A stretch of 64,000 nt of DNA from Macrostomum hystrix (Eukaryota; Animalia; Platyhelminthes), in assembly GCA_950097015.1 (NCBI GenBank), contig CATNEN010000034.1, positions 1,178,001 through 1,242,000 of the forward strand, in the 5' to 3' direction. Both the position numbers and the translations under genes were made by a program. Positions 56,839-64,000 of the stretch are shown here, piece after piece (positions within the stretch are counted from its first letter, which is position 1; every line of letters starts with the position of its first letter). The notes beneath the pieces are model-generated. The model was not told the origin of the DNA, did no database searches, and worked only from the letters and a program-made list of their open reading frames with translations.

Positions 56839-59480
56839 ATGTCAGCCAAACTGCCTTTTAAAAGGCGCTCCGTTGCTAGCCCAATATCTCATAATAATAG
56901 TTATAATAATAGCAAGCAGCAGCCGCAGTCACCATCTGTGTCTGCGGCCAAGAAGGCTGCCTCCCCTGCCCTGCTTCGCCTGGCCACCGCTCAGGCTAGT
57001 AGTGTCCGTCAGCAACAGCAGCAGCAGTCAAAGCCAGAGTCGAATTCAAATAATTTTGCCACCCCAGTTGGTACGCCAGCCAATTCAACTCGCCGCCAAT
57101 CTCAGCAACAGCAGCAGGAGCATCAACATTTTCGCTCGCCTGGAGTTCGATTTTCGACTCCAGCTGCACCGCGTCCACCGTCGTCTTTGTCTACGCAGTC
57201 GCAGCAGCAGCAGCAGCAGCAGCAGCTGAATCGCAGCTTGACTTCGATGCCAAAGCGTGTTCCAATGGCCAGAAAGTCCACTGACTTGTTGCGCATTCGC
57301 GATCCGGAATTGCGCTTCTTGGCCCTACTAAATTCGCCAATGATCGACTCCAGGCCCCGGGGTCGCCGCTCGATGGCCTCGGCTAGTCGAGTCGGTATCG
57401 GCGGCGAGAGCAGCCGGCACAGCATCTGCTGCCTGCCGTCTAGCCCTGGCTTCGCCGTCCGCCGCTTCGCCGATGCGGCCGCCGCGGCTAACCCAGCCGG
57501 CCGGTGAGGACGGCACCTCGCCGCAAGCGGTCTGGCGCACACTCTTCTGCGATGATGTTGAAGAAGCTGACGAAGAGTCAGGCCAGGACGCGCATGAGAA
57601 GGTGACAGCGGCCGCTAACAACATCGATTTGAAAGAGGCTATCGGCAAATATCGCATGCTGCTGCATCATCAGTGGGAGCTGCTGCGCTTCTTAGTTGAC
57701 GATTGGAAAGAGGTAAGGCTGCGAACTCGACTTCTCCAGTCTGGATCCTGTATTTAATGTTTTTTAGAGATTTCTAGAACCTGGCCTGACTTTTAATTTA
57801 GGGATTTCTAGAACCTGGCCTGTGTTTTAATTAAGGGATTTCTAGAACCTGGCCTGTGTTTTTATTTAGTGATTTCTAGAACCTGGCCTGTGTTTTAATT
57901 TAGGGATTTCTAGAACCTGGCCTGTGTTTTAATTAAGGGATTTCTAGGACCTGGCCTGTGTTTTAATTTAGTGATTTCTAGAACCTGGCCTGTGTTTTAA
58001 TTTAGGGATTTCTAGAACCTGGCCTGTGTTTTAATTAAGGGATTTCTAGAACCTGGCCTGTGTTTTAATTTAGGGATTTCTAGAACCTGGCCTGTGTTTT
58101 AATGTAGGGATTTCTAGGACCAGGCCTGTGTTTAAATTTTGGGATTTCTAGGACCTGGCCTGTCTTTTAATTTAGGGATTTCTAGAACCTGGCCTGTGTT
58201 TTAATGTAGGGATTTCTAGGACCTGGCCTGTGTTTAAATTTTGGGATTTCTAGGACCTGGCCTGCGTTTTAATTTAGGGATTTCTAGAACCTGGCCTGTG
58301 TTTTAATTTAGGGATTTCTAGGACCTGGCCTGTGTTTAAATTTTGGGATTTCTAGGACCTGGCCTGCGTTTTAATTTAGGGATTTCTAGAACCTGGCCTG
58401 TGTTTTAATTAAGGGATTTCTAGGACCTGGCCTGTGTTTTAATTTAGGGATTTCTAGAACCTGGCCTGTGTTTTAATGTAGGGATTTCTAGGACCTGGCC
58501 TGTGTTTTAATTAAGGGATTTCTAGGACCTGGCCTGCGTTTTAATTTAGGGATTTCTAGAACCTGGCCTGTGTTTTAATTTAGGGATTTCTAGGACCTGG
58601 CCTGTGTTTTAATTTAAGGATTTCTAGAACCTGGCCTGTGTTTTAATGTAGGGATTTCTAGAACCTGGCCTGTGTTTTAATTTAGGGATTTCTAGAACCT
58701 GGCCTGACTTTTAATTTAAGGATTTCTAGAACCTGGCCTGTGTTTTAATGTAGGGATTTCTAGGACCTGGCCTGTGTTTTAATGTAGGGATTTCTAGGAC
58801 CTGGCCTGTGTTTTAATGTAGGGATTTCTAGGACCTGGCCTGTGTTTTAATTAAGGGATTTCTAGGACCTGGCCTGTGTTTTAATTAAGGGATTTCTAGG
58901 ACCTGGCCTGTGTTTTAATGTAGGGATTTCTAGGACCTGGCCTGTGTTTTAATGTAGGGATTTTTACAACCTGGCCTGTGTTTTGATTTGTGGATTTCTA
59001 GAGCTATATTTGTGTTTTTCTTTCAGGATTTCTCGATCCTAGGTTAGTGTTAAATTAAAACATTTCTAAATCCTTGGCTAATTTTTAATTCAGTGATTTC
59101 TAGATCCTGTATTTTTATGTTAGCAGATTAAGTTTACCGTTCTCACTTGAAGTTGAGTTGGCACCTTTCCATCGCAGGTGGCGGCAAGCGAATCCGTGCC
59201 GTCGCATCTGTCGCCAAGCCTAGAAGCCGCTCTGGCCGCCGTGAGCCGCCTGACTAGAGAGACTCTGCCGCGCTTCGAGGGAGGCCTTCAGGCGGCTTCG
59301 TCAGCGGCAGCTCTGCACGCCGCCTGGTCCGGTGTTGAGGCTGACATTCTGGCTGTGCGACAGAAATTCGCCGAATTGGAAGCCAGCAGACTGGGCGGAT
59401 GGCCGCCATTGGCTGCCGCTGTTGGGGTCGCCGATGGCGTGGGAGGCGAGAACCGTCGGGCCAGTGTGCAGCGGCAACAG
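56839..59480 (+). CDS. Host gene fragment, exons 56839-57712 and 59178-59480; Q/S/P-rich N-terminus then a helical, possibly spectrin-like region; one apparent frameshift near 57500
   Basis: An acceptor just precedes the ATG, and GAG|GTAAGG joins CAG|GTG in phase 0. The frame switches between ORFs 56839-57507 and 57473-57757. Confidence 0.55.
57768..58990. repeat. Intronic 34-bp tandem array, about 36 copies
   Basis: Unit GGGATTTCTAGAACCTGGCCTGTGTTTTAATTTA at 57801, 57835 and onward. Confidence 0.95.
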
Positions 59481-60789
59481 GTGCGTCGCAGTCTGCGCGT
59501 GGCATAGTAGACGCCGAATTTAATTTCGAATGTTACTACAAATCAATTACTCTAATTTTATTAATAACGGTTTTGTTGGGGCAGTGAAGCTCATTTTAAT
59601 CAGCATTTGCATGCTAGATTGCGACTAAAACTTATTTTGTAATCTCTAGCTGTTGTTTATTAACTTACATACTTATATTAATACATTTCGCTAGGCACTT
59701 TCAAGCATTTTATTATTTTTATATATATATTTATTTATCTGTTGCACAAGCGTTTCCGAAACTGAAACTGGTGCTACTGTAGTAATCTCCTAGCTAAGCA
59801 ATTATACCATTTTTAAACCGTTTTATTTGTTCATTCGTAGCGCATGCTTTTTCGACTAGTTAAGTACTTCTATATGTATTTTTTACTAAAAGTAGTATAA
59901 GGCATGATGCATTGGTAACATTACTGTTGCGGCTTTTATTGTGATTGTCCGTAAGTATGTTCTAATATTTCATAAATTGTATGTACCATAAGTATCAGTC
60001 ATCAATAATAAAATACAGAATTAAATAGTTCAGCAGGCCCGATTGTGTGGGACTGAAACTAGAAACTTTATTTTGGTTTAAAATATATTATGAATTCTGC
60101 TTGACGTGTTATTGGACTTATTTTTATTTTCATATTTTTATGTTCCGCAATAATTATCTGTTGTTGGTCTAATATGCCAATTCTGCTACTCGCTACTAGC
60201 TTTCAACAGTAGCAAGTGACACATTTTAGCGTCTAAATTTAATATATGGAAAAATGACGAGGAATTCCGCGATTGGATCTCGTTCTCTCTCTCTCTCTCT
60301 CTCTCTCTTATCTTTCCCTCCCCGCGCCCGGAGCCCCAGCAGTCCCATAAAAGAGTTGACCATCATGCTTTAAGCCGCAAGCATATTGTCTGGATCCTAG
60401 ATTTTCTCCCTTGCGTCCCCCTGTTTACATCCCTATAAAATGGGTTCCGCTGAAAATTCGCTAATGAGCGACTGAAAATTGCTTTAGTCCAGTTAGTTGT
60501 CCTGGCTGTCAGCTGTTGGTCCTCTTACCCTCGCTCCATCCACCGCCTGTTAGGAAGGGTAAGTGAGCATTTTTTTCGAAGGTGCGAAGCTTGCCGACCC
60601 GTCAGTCTTCTAGTTTTGTATATCGGCTCGGGTTTGTCGGGCTAAACTTGTGTTTCTTAAATTGTCTTTCGCAGTTTGTTGTCAAACGGGATGCTGGCGA
60701 CTTTTTGAAGGATCCTCTTACGCAAGAAAACTACTTATAAACATTCAGGTAATAAATCTGCTATAATAAAAACATACAAGTGGAGGTTG

Positions 60790-60960
60790 TAGCGAATACG
60801 CTAGGCCAGAGCTTTAGACTGCTGAATTATAGGTCGGAAGTTCGACCCTGATTTTAGCCCATTGGAAAAATTAGCCTTGAGAAAGACGTTGATTGCACAC
60901 CGCTTCAGTTGACCCAGCTGTTCTTTAAAATGGGTTTCCGCATTAGATGAGACATTTAGG
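60790..60960 (+). mobile_element. Degenerate SINE-like element
   Basis: A B-box-like AGTTCGACCC, plus GACCCAGCTG..AAATGGG shared with 61900-62100. Confidence 0.4.
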
Positions 60961-61125
60961 TGGGTTGAGAATAGGCGGACTGAGCAGCTGTATCTAGCTC
61001 GTGCATTATACAGGATGGCATTTCACCCAGCCCAGTTGGGCCACATGCACAGCAAGGTTTTGCGTTTTCAAAAGGCTGTGTACAGTTCTGTTCAGTCCGA
61101 GGACTGGGGTGTGGGGAGCCATCCT

Positions 61126-61550
61126 GTCACAGACCCCTCTCACAGATCCCGTTCACAGATCATTGTCACCGATCACTGTCACAGATCCTTGTCACAGATC
61201 CCTGTCACAGATCCTTGTCACAGATCCTTGTCACCGATCACTGTCACAGATCACTGTCACAGATCCCTGTCACCGATCACTGTCACAGATCCCTGTCACA
61301 GATCCCTGTCACCGATCACTGTCACAGATCCCTGTCACAGATCCTTGTCACCGATCACTGTCACAGATCACTGTCACAGATCCCTGTCACAGATCACTGT
61401 CACAGATCCCTGTCACCGATCACTGTCACCGATCACTGTCACAGATCCCTGTCACAGATCACTGTCACAGATCCCTGTCACAGATCCCTGTCACCGATCA
61501 CTGTCACAGATCCCTGTCACAGATCACTGTCACAGATCCTTGTCACAGAA
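61126..61550. repeat. 13-bp minisatellite (GTCACAGATCCCT variants)
   Basis: Direct inspection; explains the ORFs at 61001-61657. Confidence 0.93.
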
Positions 61551-61899
61551 TCCTGTCTCTGACCGAATTCTCATCACAATATTTTAGGTATCCTATTGTG
61601 TCCGGCTTCCATGCAATTATACAACTATACATGTACTATGAGTGTCTATGCAAGTAGTTCTGTAGTTTTTTTTACAAATTCGTTTTTTCTGTTCTAGGAT
61701 AATTCTTTGCCTGGTTATCGACACCAAATCGAATTTTGCTTCGTTTGATGTTGACAAAAAGGTGCAGCTTTTTAATCACAAATTTGATATCCTTTTTTGA
61801 ATTCATTGATCCCAGGTTGTACAATATTAATAATAATCCATGTGCAGCAGACAGCACAGCAGCTGCTAGTGCGCGGTGCATCTGAAGGCTGCGTACGGC

Positions 61900-62100
61900 T
61901 GTTCAGTCCATGGACTGGGGGCGCCACACCCACCCTCAATTGCCCCAGCTGATGCTGGTACCCATTTAACAGCTGGGTGATCTGAAACAATGCAGAGTGA
62001 ATTGTCTAGCTAAAGGACACATGTTGTTCCAGTGGAGTCGGGAATCGAACCCCCGACCTTCAAGTCGTGAGTCCGACGCTCTATCAAGTAGGCTATATCC
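61900..62100 (-). mobile_element. tRNA-derived SINE
   Basis: Minus-strand tRNA-like head with B box GGTTCGATTCC, followed by CACCCAGCTGTTAAATGGGTACC, a motif of the kind found in conserved SINE central domains. Confidence 0.7.
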
Positions 62101-62565
62101 CAACCCCAAACTTTATTTAGTTGTACAAAGCAAAATGAGCGGGCAAATATCTGAATTGTAATAAATCTAATGCTTATAGGAGCATAAAAAAAGGACAGAA
62201 ATTTTAATTCACACGAATTCTAGTCCAGTAAGATGGATTGAGCAGATGGAGTGCAAAGATTATCTGATTCTTTTGAAGGCTGGACAGGATAGAAAGGCAT
62301 GTTTTTGCTAAGTTGCAAATGGTTAAAGCCAACCTATAGGAGCGGACAAACGAGAAAATGTTAAAATGATGGATAGGCGAGGGACTTGAAGATTAGGGTG
62401 AGTAAGTAAAAAGCGAGATGGAATAAGTAACAAAGCAGGCAGCGAACTGAACACTGCTTAGGCTCTGCTCATCGTCAAGATTGAAATTCACGACTCCATC
62501 TGACTGCGCGTGTTAGTACTTGCTTACTAGCTGTATAACCATTACATCTGCTGCAGATAGATAGA

Positions 62566-63178
62566 TGGATAACTGTTAGATAGATGGATAACTGTTAGAT
62601 AGATGGATAACTGTTAGATAGATGGATAACAGTTAGATAGATGGATAACTGTTAGATGGATAACTGTTAGACAGATGGATAACTGTTAGATAGATGGATA
62701 ACAGTTAGATGGATGGATAACAGTTAGATGGATGGATAACAGTTAGTTATATGGATAACTGTTAGATAGATGGATGACTGTTAGATAAATAGACAGGCAA
62801 GCAGACAAACAGACCGAAGGACAGACAGACAGATAGGCAGGCATACAGACTGACAGACAGGCAGACAGACAGACGGACGGACAGACAGGCAGACAGACAG
62901 ACAGGCAGACAGGCAGACAGGCAGACAGACAGATAGGCAGACAGGCAGACTGACAGACAGGCAGACAGACAGACGGACAGACAGGCAGACAGACAGACAG
63001 GCAGACAGACAGACAGACAGACGGACGGACAGACAGGCAGACAGACAGACGGACGGACAGACAGGCAGACAGACAGACGGACGGACAGACAGGCAGACAG
63101 ACAGACGGACGGACAGACAGGCAGACAGACAGACGGACGGACAGACAGGCAGACAGACAGACGGACGGACAGACATAG
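62566..63178. repeat. 20-bp minisatellite followed by an (AGAC/AGGC/GGAC)n microsatellite
   Basis: GATAGATGGATAACTGTTA repeats to about 62785, then tetranucleotide repeats follow. Confidence 0.93.
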
Positions 63179-63668
63179 ATAGTCGGGCATTGCAATTAGG
63201 ACAGCTGCATACGAGCGAAGAATGAGAGATATTGCCTCGTTGTTGGCAGTGTTTTTGTTGTTTTCTATGATGACATTTTCCTTCTTTCTACCTGAAGCGT
63301 CCAACCTGAATTGTTAGTATTGTTTCCCTTACACACCTTTGCTTATTGTTTTATTATCTTCCCCTCTGTTCGATCATGAAAACAGTCTCTACGCCGTGTC
63401 GTTCATTTGTGAAGCTTGTTCAGGCCTTAGAGTTCGAATATGCGCTCTTAATTGCCACACAGAAGGCACGTATACTAGCTTCCGCATAGAAGCAAAAACG
63501 AAAAGCTAATTGCTGAATGGGAAACACGCGATCTATAGGTGCCGGAGCGTGGGAGGATCGGCAAAGCACGTTGGAAAGCAGATGGAGCACAATGGGATCA
63601 ACTCAGGTTTAAAGTTTTTTTCGCAAAACCAAAATTCGGATTATTATAACAAAAAAACAATTCCAAGA

Positions 63669-64000
63669 ATGCTTGCAATCATCGGCTGGCTCGGCCTGAT
63701 GTCGGCGTTGGCCTCTGCCGCTGTCTCTTCTGTCGACTCAGTGCAGCGAGCGATACGACTGACCCACACCTTCGAGGAGGAGCTGCCAGTAGGTACCGGC
63801 GTGGCCAACATCCGCCAGCTCTGCCAGAAGCTGCTGCAGTCGCCGACGCTAGTCACAAACTCGGCGGCTCCGGCCTCGCTGGTGGCAGCCTTCTTGGAGT
63901 GCGGCAGAAACTGCCGCTTCAGGACGTTGGAGGCTGGCAGCAGGCAGCATTTCCGATTGGATGCCACAACTGGCGATGTCACCCTGGCCAGACGGGTGAG
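63669..64000 (+). CDS. Protocadherin/cadherin-like gene, N-terminus (runs off the window)
   Basis: MLAIIGWLGLMSALASAA (signal-peptide-like), FEEELPVGTGVANI and HFRLDATTGDVTLARRV, matching the start of a first cadherin repeat. It is missing from the ORF track because no stop falls inside the window. Confidence 0.8.
   Translation, partial: MLAIIGWLGLMSALASAAVSSVDSVQRAIRLTHTFEEELPVGTGVANIRQLCQKLLQSPTLVTNSAAPASLVAAFLECGRNCRFRTLEAGSRQHFRLDATTGDVTLARRV

Noticed and set aside
61001-63304. ORFs such as (TDPCHRSLSQI)n and (SVCLSVRL)n
   Set aside because: They are translations of mini- and microsatellites.

Overview
Eukaryotic (animal) genomic DNA that is mostly transposable elements; the species cannot be determined from this window. 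The central structure is a four-level nest. (1) A non-autonomous Mutator-like shell with perfect 191-bp TIRs and a 9-bp TSD spans 12759-55037. (2) Inside it are a head-to-tail Helitron pair (13952-46547) and an intact Ty3/Gypsy element (47928-54751). (3) The first Helitron of that pair is split by an intact hAT element (39788-44439) and by a 23.6-kb element with 86-bp TIRs and a 7-bp TSD (14503-38086). (4) The 23.6-kb element contains a spliced KDZ (Kyakuja-Dileera-Zisupton)-type transposase gene, a convergent HMG-box-like gene, a SAM-methyltransferase pseudogene, satellites, MITEs, a mariner fragment and a solo LTR. Outside the nest are a second Helitron pair (1128-5754), a full-length RTE-type LINE (8370-11690), a host gene fragment (56839-59480), SINE-like elements, and the 5' end of a protocadherin-like gene (63669 to the window end). 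The 23.6-kb KDZ-bearing element is the best candidate for an undescribed system. All boundaries and translations were read by eye; no database searches were run.
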